This document shows positions 1 to 9,530 of a stretch of 21,386 bases of DNA, in pieces (position 1 is the stretch's first letter; each line of letters opens with the position of its first letter). The position numbers were made by a program, and so were the translations under genes. The stretch is from positions 1 to 21,386 of the forward strand of contig JBHIAE010000050.1 in the NCBI GenBank assembly GCA_046758445.1. The letters run 5' to 3'. The notes beneath the pieces were generated by a model. That model saw nothing but the letters and a program-made list of their open reading frames with translations, was not told the DNA's origin and searched no databases. The stretch is from Candidatus Thorarchaeota archaeon. Lineage in GTDB: Archaea; Asgardarchaeota; Thorarchaeia; Thorarchaeales; Thorarchaeaceae.

Positions 1-588
1 GCTGCACTGATGCTTCAGGTTGCTCCTGCAGCTAGGAATGACCTTCAAGATTTGATGGAGGCAACAGGGCGGAGCGATGGCTCTACGGGATCTCTTCCCA
101 ATCCGACCTGGGGTCACGGGAAGCTAAATGCCACCGCCGCAGTTGAGATATTGGCCCCCTCAATCGACACACCAACTCATAGTCCGCCGAGCCCAACTTC
201 CGCGGATGGGGTGACGGTTGCTGTGAACGTATCCGACCCATTTAGTGTTGGCAATGTCATCCTCTCGTACAACGACGAGGTACAGTGGCACAATCTTACG
301 ATGAACTCGATTGGATCGACCTATCAGGCCACCATTCCAAGCCATCAAGCAGGGACAAATGTGACCTACAGGGTCTATGCAAATGACAATGTGGACAGCT
401 GGGCTGTTTCTGCAGACTACTACTACATTGTGCAGGCACCCACTACAACAACCACGACCACCACGACAACTACCACAACAACTGGGCCGCCAACTGGACA
501 ACCAGATATTCTACTGATATTGGCCGTAGGAGGGATTGGAATCATAGCTGTTGTACTCATAGTGGTGATATTACGGAGAAGATCCTGA
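1..588 (+). CDS. C-terminal part of a membrane-anchored S8 (subtilisin-like) serine peptidase, truncated by the window edge
   Basis: Frame is open from base 1 (AALMLQ...). The AALMLQ and WGHGKLNATAAV segments are typical of the end of the S8 domain. They are followed by an Ig-like beta domain, a Thr-rich linker, a TM helix and an RRRS tail. Confidence 0.75.
   Translation, partial: AALMLQVAPAARNDLQDLMEATGRSDGSTGSLPNPTWGHGKLNATAAVEILAPSIDTPTHSPPSPTSADGVTVAVNVSDPFSVGNVILSYNDEVQWHNLTMNSIGSTYQATIPSHQAGTNVTYRVYANDNVDSWAVSADYYYIVQAPTTTTTTTTTTTTTTGPPTGQPDILLILAVGGIGIIAVVLIVVILRRRS
436..495 (+). repeat. Low-complexity ACN-codon tract encoding a poly-Thr/Pro linker
   Basis: AP, then a poly-Thr run, then GPPT, just before the TM anchor. 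Mixed ACA/ACC/ACG/ACT codons indicate a protein-level repeat. Confidence 0.85.
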
Positions 589-631
589 TAGAACACTCAT
601 TTAGCATCTCTAAAGAATCCGATATGTCATC

Positions 632-1618
632 TCATATCACATTGATGACTAACTGAGGCCAACTACTGGTTCCGTCTAGATACGAGCCATCTGATTTGAC
701 TTGCTGATTGTCATTGATGTCGGTAGCTCTAATCTTCAGAATGATTTGACCCACGTTAGAGAAACTAATACTGATCTCCCAAAACACCCAAACATTGTCT
801 GCATCAATCTGCTGAACTATCGGTGCATCGTTCCATGTCAATCCATCGTCTATTGTATACTCAACTTTCTTAACGCGGGTGCCCTCGAATGCACAGCCTC
901 CAACTCTGAGATTCTGACTCACGTTCACAAAGGCTGTACCGTCAGGAAAGAAGATTTTCGAATCGATCTCCATTGGTGGTGATGTATCCCATCCGCGGTC
1001 CTGCCAGTAGTCTTCGAGAGGTCTGTCAATTACTTCAATCTCAATCACCCAAGCAGGTTGTTTGACAGCGTAATATCCCGGATTGAGAATTCGCAAAGGA
1101 AACCCATGCAAGGGTGGGATCTCCACCCCGTTCATGTACAGGGCTCCAATCACTCCATTGTTCTCTAGTTGATCTAACGTGTGCGATGCATAATAACCGT
1201 CAGCAGCCATGTATCTGACTCCAGTTGCACCTCCAGAGATGCCCAATGATTCCAACAAGTCAAACAACACGAAACCTTCCCACACGGCAGTAGACACGAG
1301 TTTCCCATTCTCGCTATTGCCAATACATTCGATTGTGAGAGGCAGCTCAGTCAGATTCAATGACTGCAACTCCTCTAGAGAGAAGCTTGTTGGGTTATCG
1401 ATGAGCCCCTTTATCTCAAGTTGATAGGTGTCCCGGTCGATATCAGGAACAGCTCCAATTCGAGTCACGAAGTAGTCTTCGTTCTTGGTAATGAAATCTG
1501 GAAACTCTGCAGACACAGTGCCTGGTGCCGGTGACCATGGATTCGCAGTAATTACTATGCCAACTACGACGACTATTGTGATAAGGGCTCCTGCTAGAAC
1601 CTTTGGATTCTTCTCCAT
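632..1618 (-). CDS. Molybdopterin-dependent oxidoreductase, sulfite oxidase family (Moco-binding + Ig-like dimerisation domain), N-terminal TM/signal
   Basis: 328 aa. Motifs FITKNEDYF, TIECIGN (Mo-ligand Cys), AADGY, HGFPLR, and C-terminal VEYTIDDGLTW / IRATD. Confidence 0.88.
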   Translation of the reverse strand: MEKNPKVLAGALITIVVVVGIVITANPWSPAPGTVSAEFPDFITKNEDYFVTRIGAVPDIDRDTYQLEIKGLIDNPTSFSLEELQSLNLTELPLTIECIGNSENGKLVSTAVWEGFVLFDLLESLGISGGATGVRYMAADGYYASHTLDQLENNGVIGALYMNGVEIPPLHGFPLRILNPGYYAVKQPAWVIEIEVIDRPLEDYWQDRGWDTSPPMEIDSKIFFPDGTAFVNVSQNLRVGGCAFEGTRVKKVEYTIDDGLTWNDAPIVQQIDADNVWVFWEISISFSNVGQIILKIRATDINDNQQVKSDGSYLDGTSSWPQLVINVI

Positions 1619-2192
1619 GGATGTAGGACTACAATCGGATTGTGTTATCTATTATGGAGTATCTACAATACTCCATTCTCGAAACCAGGCCACTCAGAAG
1701 ATGCCCTTGGGGAAGATGCAAATACGAATTAACTATTGTCAAAAGATAGTTGACAATACGTCTAACTCTATGGATAGGAATCTTTGTTTACACTTGAGTT
1801 ATAGAGCAAGAATTTCATAAGAAAAGAGATTAGGCCTAGTATCTCCCGTTTTCTGATATAGTGATGCTGGCTCGTCCCATTGAAAGTCTTATCAAGCGCC
1901 TTTATTCCAAACCTAATCTCGATGCCATTACCGTTGTTGATTTGTAGCAGATCTCTTTTCGACCAGTTGACCCACACTAAGGCTGCAAAGTAAACTTGAA
2001 ATAAATGCGCAAGTGTGAGCTTGTTCTACTGGGCCCTACCAAGGGAGAAGACTTTGGCACATCTATATCAATGAGGATCAGGCTATTCCTACAAGAACGA
2101 ATCAGCGGTAGGAAGTTTCGTTATACTTAAAGAGGGTTTTATAATAATAGGGATATATCTTCAGGAAAGACTTCTTGTAAGAGAGTTTCGTA

Positions 2193-4334
2193 ATGAGAAC
2201 AGAACTTAGAGTGCCACTTCTCGCCATACTGCTTGGAGTATTAGTTACGGTTATCGACGCCTTTTTGGACTTCTTTATCTTCCATGAAGGTACTTTCCTT
2301 GAGATTCTGATACTCGCTGTGCCACCCCATGTAGTATTCATCCGATCAGTCATGGTTGCGTCCTTCGTCATTTTCGGTGTCTTCGTATCAAAGGCTATGG
2401 GTCAAAGAGAGCGTGCAGCGGAACGTGCCAACTACTTGTATTCAATACTGACAGCGATACGAAACGTCAACCAATTGATTACGACCGAAACAAACCTTGA
2501 TAAGCTATTGCAAAAGACCTGCGAAGCTCTTGTTGAAACCAGGGGCTATCAACACTCATGGATTGTTCTACTTGATGCAGAGAACCATGTCACTGGATCT
2601 GCATCTGCAGGGCTTGGAGTTGAGTTCCAACAGATGCTTGAAATGATGAATTCTGGCGGTCGAATTGAGTGTCTTACGAGGACAATAGAGCAGTCTGGTG
2701 TCTTGGTGTTTGATGACCCCCTACTGCAACACAATGTGTGTCCGCTCAACATGACATATCCTGAGGGAGTAGCCTTGAGTACAAAACTGGAATCTTACGA
2801 CCAGATATATGGTGTGCTAGGTGCTGCAGTACCTGAAGGTATGACTCTGGATGAAGAATTGTCGTTATTCAAGGATGTCGCTAATGACATAGCCTTTGCA
2901 TTATATCGCTTTGATATTGAAGAAGCAGGCTCTCGTGCACATCTTGAATTGCTGGAGAGTGAGAAGAAGTATCGAGAGCTATACAATGATGTTCGGGTAG
3001 GACTCGTCACCACAAACTTCGTAGATGGCAAGATTCTTGAATGCAATAACCTCTTTGTCCAAATGTTCGGATTTGAGAGTCGTGAACAAGCCCTTTCGGA
3101 CGGAATAGGTGTTAATCTATTTGTAGACCCCAGTGATAGGACTAGTTTTGTTTCTGAATTGAAGGAGAAGGGTTTCTATGATGGCGAACTAGCGCTGAAG
3201 GACCTGATGGAGAATGTGATTCAGTGTGAGGTCTACTCCCGTTTTAATCACCAAAATGATAGAATTGAGTCTGTGCTTGTTGACATCACTGAGAGGAGAA
3301 GGGCAGAAGAGAAGCTCCAGAGGAGTGAAGAAAAGCACCGCACACTGGTCGAATCGATGGCAGACTTGGTATTTGTCTATGATCGCCTTGATCGTTATAG
3401 AGAATTCTATGGTGCACCGGACCATCTGCTTTATGTCCCACCGGCACGATTTCTTGGCAAACATGTCAAGGACGTATTACCACACGACATTGCTGAGTTA
3501 TTTATCGAGCATTCTGGTATTGTAAGAGCAACTGGAAAACCAGAAACTTTCGACTATTCTCTGAAAATGGAAAACCAGCTCTTCTGGTTCTCAGCTAACC
3601 TGAGTCTTCATGAAGATGGTGAAGGGATAGTAGCAGTGGTACGTGACATCACTGACAGGAAGAAAGCAGAAAGCGCAGTGAGAGCTGCTGGCGACACAGC
3701 GATGTTGTATTTGGACCTTATGGGTCACGATATACGGAATCAACTACAAGCAATCGTCATGGCTACTGAAGTTCTTAAACATCAGGATTTTGAACCCGAG
3801 ATGCAGCAGGTTCTCGATTTAATAGTTGAGTCGGTATCAAATTCGCAGAATCTGATAAAGAAGATTTCATCTACTCGTGGGCTGTTATTTGTGCCGCTCT
3901 CCGACACATCCCTTTGGGATGTTCTGGAGGAATGTTCAAGCACTGTGAGAGAAACCTTTGATGATGTTCAAGTGCAGGCGAAATGCAATGCTCGACAATC
4001 GATTATCAGAGCGGATCGGTACCTAGAAGTTTTACTGATGAACCTCCTAGAGAACTCAGTTCTCCATAACAACAAGAAGACTAGACAACTCTGGATTGTG
4101 TTGAATGAGGTAGACAACGGATATGAGATTTCGATTGCAGACAACGGTCCTGGCATCCCTGACGAGAAGAAGGAAACCCTGTTTGACCCAGAGCGTCGAT
4201 TTGGAGGGGTGGGTATTCACCAAGCAATTCAAATAGCACACAAGTATGGGGGAAAACTCAGTGTGCATGATAGAATATATGGAAAACCAGAACAAGGTGC
4301 TAGGTTCCGACTATGGCTCCCAATTCCAAAATAA
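2193..4334 (+). CDS. Membrane sensor histidine kinase (2 TM, GAF, 2x PAS/PAC, HisKA, HATPase_c)
   Basis: 713 aa. PAC motifs DITERRRAEE and RDITDRKKAE, H-box GHDIRNQL, N-box NLLENS, G1 DNGPGI, G2 GGVGI. Confidence 0.93.
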   Translation: MRTELRVPLLAILLGVLVTVIDAFLDFFIFHEGTFLEILILAVPPHVVFIRSVMVASFVIFGVFVSKAMGQRERAAERANYLYSILTAIRNVNQLITTETNLDKLLQKTCEALVETRGYQHSWIVLLDAENHVTGSASAGLGVEFQQMLEMMNSGGRIECLTRTIEQSGVLVFDDPLLQHNVCPLNMTYPEGVALSTKLESYDQIYGVLGAAVPEGMTLDEELSLFKDVANDIAFALYRFDIEEAGSRAHLELLESEKKYRELYNDVRVGLVTTNFVDGKILECNNLFVQMFGFESREQALSDGIGVNLFVDPSDRTSFVSELKEKGFYDGELALKDLMENVIQCEVYSRFNHQNDRIESVLVDITERRRAEEKLQRSEEKHRTLVESMADLVFVYDRLDRYREFYGAPDHLLYVPPARFLGKHVKDVLPHDIAELFIEHSGIVRATGKPETFDYSLKMENQLFWFSANLSLHEDGEGIVAVVRDITDRKKAESAVRAAGDTAMLYLDLMGHDIRNQLQAIVMATEVLKHQDFEPEMQQVLDLIVESVSNSQNLIKKISSTRGLLFVPLSDTSLWDVLEECSSTVRETFDDVQVQAKCNARQSIIRADRYLEVLLMNLLENSVLHNNKKTRQLWIVLNEVDNGYEISIADNGPGIPDEKKETLFDPERRFGGVGIHQAIQIAHKYGGKLSVHDRIYGKPEQGARFRLWLPIPK

Positions 4335-4357
4335 CATTCAGCCTATTCTAGTGTTCT

Positions 4358-5419
4358 TTGTCTAACTGTGTGAATGCAGGAATCATCAGAATCAGAGTTG
4401 GGGGTGGATCTATCCCCCTCGACTTAGATCTAGTCCTCAACTTCCTCAACAGTGATGCGCACCTACTACGGTGCCTCACCTATGACAGGCCACTTAACAA
4501 GCATGAGGATACGGACACCTTCAGGTCGCTCACCCATAGTAGAAGTTCAGGCTGGCGGCTTCGCCATTGCAGGTACCACATTCGAATCGCAAAAAGAGGG
4601 TGGTTTTTCGCTATTACGGACGAGCGAGAATGGCAGCCTACTGTGAAATCACACCTACGGTTGGGGACACAGAGATGTGTGTCTATCAGTGGTCGAGGTA
4701 ACAGAAGGAGGATTTGTCATTGTTGTTGAATCTCTCTGGCGCGGGGATCTTGATGGTATTTTCGTTTCGCTGGTCCGCACTGATGAGAACGGCAATCATA
4801 TGTGGAACCACGCATATGCTGGTTCAGGATGGGACAAGGCCCATTCTGCAACTGAGTGCAGTAATGCTGACTTTGCGGTCAGTGGCACTTTCGATTTTCA
4901 GGGCTCTAATGGCTCTGACATGTGAATATTGCGCACTGATGCCGATGGAAACTTGTTCTGGAATGAAACCTACGGTGAACCCGGCAATGACGAAGGGTAT
5001 TCAATCGTCGAGTGCAACGATGGAGGCCCTGCTGTCGTCGGCCACGTAGAGAGCTTCTGGTCCGGTCAGGATCTGTGGTTGGTGCGCACCGATGCAGACG
5101 GCAACGTGCTGTGGGACCAGTTGCTGGGCGGAGGAGGCAGTGATTTCGGTCGCTCGATTGTTCTATCAGATGCTGGGGGCTTCGCAATCGTAAGCATCAC
5201 CAAGAATCTCGGCACGGCAGACTGGGATGTGTGGTTACTACGATTTCCATCGGATGCTCCGGCCTTTTCATTACCGATGCCAGTGCCATGGGGGCCATTA
5301 CAATGGTGGCTGCACTTGTGTTGATGATTGTCTTTGGCATATCGCTGGCTTTGAAGCCGCCTAGGCCTAGCACTCTGTCACCAAGAAGGCCGCCTCTCCA
5401 GTTCTGCTCTGCTTCGTAA
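4358..5419 (+). pseudogene. Disrupted secreted beta-propeller repeat protein (D-x-W-L-V-R-T-D-x-x-G-N-x-x-W-x-x-x-Y-G repeats) with C-terminal TM anchor
   Basis: ORFs 4452-4646, 4677-4925 and 4929-5324 are in one frame, separated by TGA at 4644-4646 and 4923-4925. The repeat motif recurs about 5 times. The TM-like tail is in another frame (5231-5419), and an upstream degenerate repeat is in the 4358 frame. Confidence 0.8.
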
Positions 5420-5741
5420 TGTCATAGTGGTCAAAGCTGACTATAGAACAGCAGTCTTATGATTGGATAAGAGTGACGGTTGATGAAGTCTGATCAGTAG
5501 AAAGAAGACTCCGGCGAAAGAGGGCAGGGAAGATTGGGTGAACCCCTCTCTGGACAACAGGCATCTACATCTCTTCCTAGGTCTATTGGGCGAGAAATGA
5601 GAGGCGTAGCAAGCTCATCCTACGACGCATCTCTCGATGACTGCTAGACTATTCCTGCATCTTGCTTCTCCAGCAACTCTATACGTTCGGTTAGCTCAAC
5701 GACCTGTCTTCTACTCGCAATTCCACCAAAGACGCCATATC

Positions 5742-5857
5742 AAAGAAAGAGTGAGGGAGAGAGGACGAGCCTCCATCAAGTCTAGAAGATGAATCTACAG
5801 ATGCTCCTTTTGCCTGTAGTGCAGATACTCAGGTCCGAAGATTTGCCTGACCAAGAA
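5742..5857 (-). repeat. Cassette-boundary element: gene-3'-end copy (FLVRQIFGPEYLHYRQKEHL*) plus hairpin/pyrimidine tail
   Basis: 5857->5795 translates as FLVRQIFGPEYLHYRQKEHL-TAG. The hairpin region 5742-5772 is nearly identical to 16220-16251. Confidence 0.85.
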
Positions 5858-5877
5858 AGGCACCAAGCAGAAACTAG

Positions 5878-6336
5878 ATGAGGCAGCTACCCATACGGAA
5901 CACAGAGATGTCGACTTTGACAGAGAAACAGTGTGATGCATGTGGAAGGCCACAGGGTGGTTACTTCTGTGTCAGGTGCAAGAGAGAGAGCTGCGAGGAC
6001 TGCTGGAGTTCGGAGTGGGAGCTCTGTGTCGACTGTGCGTCCTACAAGAACGGCGTACGTTGGGACATCAAACAGAACCTAATGAACGCTGGTAGGGCCG
6101 CAGAGTTTGCATCAGCCAAGATGGAGAGTGATTGTTCTCTCTGCCCCATTCTCCGTGATCAGCTGCTATACAATCTCAAGACGGCGAAGAACCTGGCGTT
6201 CGCTGCCCGGCAGGAAGGACTGCTGGAGGAGGAGGAGAATGCGTCTAGGCTTCGACAGGAGCTTACAGAGGTGTCAATCGAGGTGCTTGTGCGGCAAGGC
6301 CTCCAAGCGAATGGAGACCTGTGGCGGCATTTGTAG
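5878..6336 (+). CDS. Hypothetical Cys-rich (zinc-finger) protein; likely start at 5908
   Basis: Five CxxC motifs (CDAC, CVRC, CEDC, CVDC, CSLC) followed by a helical C-terminus. Confidence 0.7.
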   Translation: MRQLPIRNTEMSTLTEKQCDACGRPQGGYFCVRCKRESCEDCWSSEWELCVDCASYKNGVRWDIKQNLMNAGRAAEFASAKMESDCSLCPILRDQLLYNLKTAKNLAFAARQEGLLEEEENASRLRQELTEVSIEVLVRQGLQANGDLWRHL

Positions 6337-6370
6337 AGTCCTTAACTCGTGTTTCTTCCCTTAGCACCAG

Positions 6371-6447
6371 CGAGAGGACTTGAAGCCTCCCATAGCTTGG
6401 TGACGACTCTGCATAGGCTACTGAGGTCGGTGGGACTGATACATGAT
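6371..6447 (-). repeat. Degenerate copy of the boundary element
   Basis: GAGAGGACTTGAAGCCTCCCAT resembles the hairpin at 5759 (GAGAGGACGAGCCTCCAT). It is followed by CTCTGCATAGGCTACTGAGGTCGG, which resembles the consensus CTCTTGCATGTACGGCAGATACTCAGGTCCG with gaps. Confidence 0.4.
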
Positions 6448-6457
6448 GTATCTTGGT

Positions 6458-6844
6458 TCACTGTTGAGTCGCGAATTCCTGGGGTCGCTTCAGCAATAGT
6501 CCGAGAATTGCCACATTGAGTACTAGCAGCACAACGAACATGATGACCATGGGCATGGTCCCTAGCTGAATGTAGTAACCCGGACTCGCTATGAGAGAAT
6601 AGAAAAGAGCACCCTGTGAAAAGATAAAGAGCCTTGTGCCCCATGCTCGTCTTGTGATGAGTGCCCACCCACCAATCGCAAGAAGCAGCCCCGTGGCTAT
6701 TTCAGTGAGAATATGCGCCATTATCCGATAGGGCTCAGATGCCAGCTCGGGCACCTGACCAGTCGAGAGAAGCATCATCCACAAGCCAATCATTGAGATT
6801 CCTACAAGGATGGAGTATACTGAGGCGTTCTTTGAAACTGTCAT
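6458..6844 (-). CDS. Hypothetical 4-TM membrane protein
   Basis: 128 aa ORF with four hydrophobic helices. Confidence 0.75.
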   Translation of the reverse strand: MTVSKNASVYSILVGISMIGLWMMLLSTGQVPELASEPYRIMAHILTEIATGLLLAIGGWALITRRAWGTRLFIFSQGALFYSLIASPGYYIQLGTMPMVIMFVVLLVLNVAILGLLLKRPQEFATQQ

Positions 6845-6940
6845 GTTAGTCCGTTCATAAAGTGTATCTTCTGAGGAAACAAGCAGAAACCACCAACATA
6901 AGCACGGTCCGGATTCTATGATTCACGCTGAAAAGAAAGA

Positions 6941-7584
6941 GTGGAGGGAACGCTATACGTGCGGTCCCAATCGAGGACCAGAATTGTTGACGTCACAGAG
7001 AACAGCGAATTCGAGGTATATCTTCAAAGATGCCTAGTAGGTCCACCATCCAGACGTTACAGGAAGAGGATATCATACTTGATAGAAGCGATCCCGAAGG
7101 GCTTCCGCAAGAAGATTCTCATCTTCGATAGAACAGCTATCGGGACAATCGAGTATTCACCTTCAGAAGTCTCCTATTATCCCATCGTTGGTGACAGTGT
7201 GACCGTGATGAATTGTATCTGGGTGTTAAGAAAAGCAAAGGGCCACGATTTCGGGAGTATGCTGGTACAGGACATGATAGAGAGTGAAAGAGAAGCTGAT
7301 GGCTTCGCCATCATTGCCTTGGAGGGACACTGGAGTCTATGGTTCAAGAAGGAGCAGATGGAAAGACTTGGGTTCAAATCATTGGAATCAATACCTGTGA
7401 AACACAAGACAAAGACAGGGATTGTGTCTTCAAGATTCATCTCATGTGGATGCCAATAGTGGAAGATGCCCAGCAACCGTCATGGAATCTGCAGAATCTG
7501 TTGGAAGGCATAACAGCATGCATTGCACACCCACTGTATCATCCACAGACCCACACGTCGAGGCACATATTTGAGAAACAATAA
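6941..7584 (+). pseudogene. GNAT-family (YoaP-like) acetyltransferase with a frameshift near 7410-7416
   Basis: GTIEYSP, MNCIWVLRKAKGHDFGSMLV (acetyl-CoA motif A) and ERLGFK are in the 6941-7459 frame. The plausible continuation (RDCVFKIHLMWMP...CIAHPLYHP) is in the 7339-7584 frame. Confidence 0.75.
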
Positions 7585-7777
7585 GCTTGGAAATGGATGT
7601 TCCTTTTAGTATCTCAAGGCACATAACGATGAGGAGTTGACTTCTATCATTGATCAATAGCTAATCTCTAGGCCATATTTCAAGAATAGATGAAGACGTG
7701 AAGACACGACAGATTATAGGCCAACAACAAGCATAAAGCGCAAATATGTGGGTGACGTAATGGGAGTGGGTGGTCCC

Positions 7778-8011
7778 ATGGGCACAAATGAGGTGGATAA
7801 ACGAGGCCGAGTCACAATCCCAAAGGAGTTGCGTGAGAAGGCTGACCTTAAGCCCGGAGACCGTGTGCGTATCACAGCCAGTAAGGACAGTGTGACAATA
7901 GAGAAAGTGATAGACCTAGGCACATTCATAGAAGAGCTAAGAGGATGCATCACGATCGAGGGTGATCTTGAGCCCCTACAGTTGAAAGAGATATGGAGAA
8001 CCGGGCCTTGA
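7778..8011 (+). CDS. vapB: AbrB/MazE/SpoVT-family antitoxin (VapB-type)
   Basis: VDKRGRVTIPKELREKADLKPGDRV is the AbrB swapped-hairpin signature. The gene overlaps a downstream PIN gene. Confidence 0.88.
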   Translation: MGTNEVDKRGRVTIPKELREKADLKPGDRVRITASKDSVTIEKVIDLGTFIEELRGCITIEGDLEPLQLKEIWRTGP

Positions 8012-8412
8012 TTCTGATTGACACTGACATTTGGGCATACTATTTCGATAGCACTCTCCCGGAGCACACGCGGGTCATTAAGCCGCTAGAAGCTGCTCTT
8101 CGAAAGAAACAAGCTGCCGTCAACGCCACAGTCGTCGTCGAAACTCTTCATTATCTCATTAAGCGTTTAGGTCCCCTTGCTGGAGGCGGCAAGGCAACCG
8201 TCTTTATGAAATACGGAATTCCTCTGTATGCTTTAGATACTGAAACTCTTGATCTTACAAGGCAAAAACTGTGCGAATTCACACATATAGGGATAGGGGG
8301 CCGCGATGCATCAATACTGGCTACGATGGAAAAAGAAGACATCAATAGAATAATGACCCATGACCAGGCCTTCAAACGTATAGCGAATATCCAGGTAATT
8401 GATCCTGTGTAG
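7993..8412 (+). CDS. vapC: PIN-domain (VapC) toxin; likely start TTG at 8008 overlapping the antitoxin stop
   Basis: ILIDTDIW, VVETL, RDASILA and MTHDQAF carry the conserved acidic PIN residues. Confidence 0.9.
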   Translation: MENRALILIDTDIWAYYFDSTLPEHTRVIKPLEAALRKKQAAVNATVVVETLHYLIKRLGPLAGGGKATVFMKYGIPLYALDTETLDLTRQKLCEFTHIGIGGRDASILATMEKEDINRIMTHDQAFKRIANIQVIDPV

Positions 8413-8625
8413 ATGATTAGTTGAACAGCTGGTGGGACAGATACAACGAAGCATCAGAGCAAGTAGTACTATAGTGTGGAGGAGGTGTGAACTTCCTTTT
8501 ACTTCACAGTTCACTGAGAATCTTACGCGCAGGGATGAAGGAGAGATGGCATCCATCACAAGCTAATTGCCAACACTCCAGTCAATATCCATCTCGCGTG
8601 AACTGACCAAATCTTGAGGCAAGTC

Positions 8626-8925
8626 TCAAGACCTCAGTATCTCGAAGAATATCCTCAACGCGAGATCAATAAACTCGTCATCATCGCCAAAATAGCCTGG
8701 GAAGATAATCTGATAGGTCATCAAGAGTCCGACGATTCTCTGAATCCTCTCTGAGTTTTCTGCCAGTTTGCCTATATCTACTTCTCCAGACTCAGCTGCC
8801 TTCATCATAGCTTCAGACAATATGCCCATGGCCTGCTGCAATCCATCAGTGCTCTGATACTTTGTGACGAAGTCCATATACTCGCTTGGATCATCTAGCA
8901 TCTCGCTCTGGATAGCTGAGAGAAA
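8626..8925 (-). pseudogene. 5'-truncated helical protein fragment (possibly a TetR-like C-terminal domain)
   Basis: 91 aa protein-like helical ORF. The frame stays open upstream to about 8943. It lies head-to-head with 8926+ with only 24 bp between annotated starts. Confidence 0.4.
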
Positions 8926-9459
8926 ATGCCAATCGATAGGAGCTCATCAAAAGATATCGAAGCCCTGAAGACGATTGATTGGAAGATTCTGAAGTCACTC
9001 CAATCAGATGGACGTAAGACATTAAGTGCTATTGCATTAGATGTTGGTGCATCGGTGCCAACCGTCCGAAAACGACTGACTTTAATGAGAAAACACAACC
9101 TAATCCATGAAACCATCCAGGTAAATCCCGCAGCAACAGAGCGACAGTTTGTTGTAATGTTTGCGATGAGGAGTTCCGTCATTGTTGAGATGGACTATTT
9201 TGAATTGGAGAAGATGTTTCGAGAGAAGTTTGGCGAGAACTATTGGATTAGCTTCAGGATGGCGAACAGTCCAGAACTCATGCTCACACTTGTCGTTGAC
9301 TCATCAAAGCAAGTCGTTCCCCTTCGGTCTGGACTATTGTCAATGTTCAAGGGAACTGAGGTTACTAATCAAATGATTGTCCCGGAATGGATGTATTTCC
9401 CTGATTTCAGAGATGTGATGATTGATGAACATCTATCGCAGCTGACACCTTCGGTTTAG
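8926..9459 (+). CDS. Lrp/AsnC-family winged-HTH regulator (possibly the C-terminal half of a two-HTH protein)
   Basis: IDWKILKSLQSDGRKTLSAIALDVGASVPTVRKRL is an AsnC HTH signature. There is no room for a promoter upstream. Confidence 0.8.
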   Translation: MPIDRSSSKDIEALKTIDWKILKSLQSDGRKTLSAIALDVGASVPTVRKRLTLMRKHNLIHETIQVNPAATERQFVVMFAMRSSVIVEMDYFELEKMFREKFGENYWISFRMANSPELMLTLVVDSSKQVVPLRSGLLSMFKGTEVTNQMIVPEWMYFPDFRDVMIDEHLSQLTPSV

Positions 9460-9530
9460 GGCACGTCTCTGACCTACTGTACGCTAATCTCGCACAAAGT
9501 GTCTGTGTGCAGCCCTCGTTCTGAAACCAC

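Noticed and set aside
1768-1977. 69-aa minus-strand ORF between the oxidoreductase and the kinase
   Set aside because: No recognisable motif. It may be a gene remnant, but I cannot support that.
4644-4925. Selenocysteine insertion at the two TGA codons
   Set aside because: The positions correspond to Trp, not Cys, in the repeat motif, and the gene shows other signs of decay.
8575-8610. CATCTCGCGTG matches 11 nt of the 11.5k repeat copy
   Set aside because: The flanks do not align convincingly. It may be a remnant, but this needs an HMM search.
9465-9500. TCTCTGACCTACTGTACGCTAATCTCGC loosely resembles a collapsed repeat
   Set aside because: Too short and gapped to support.
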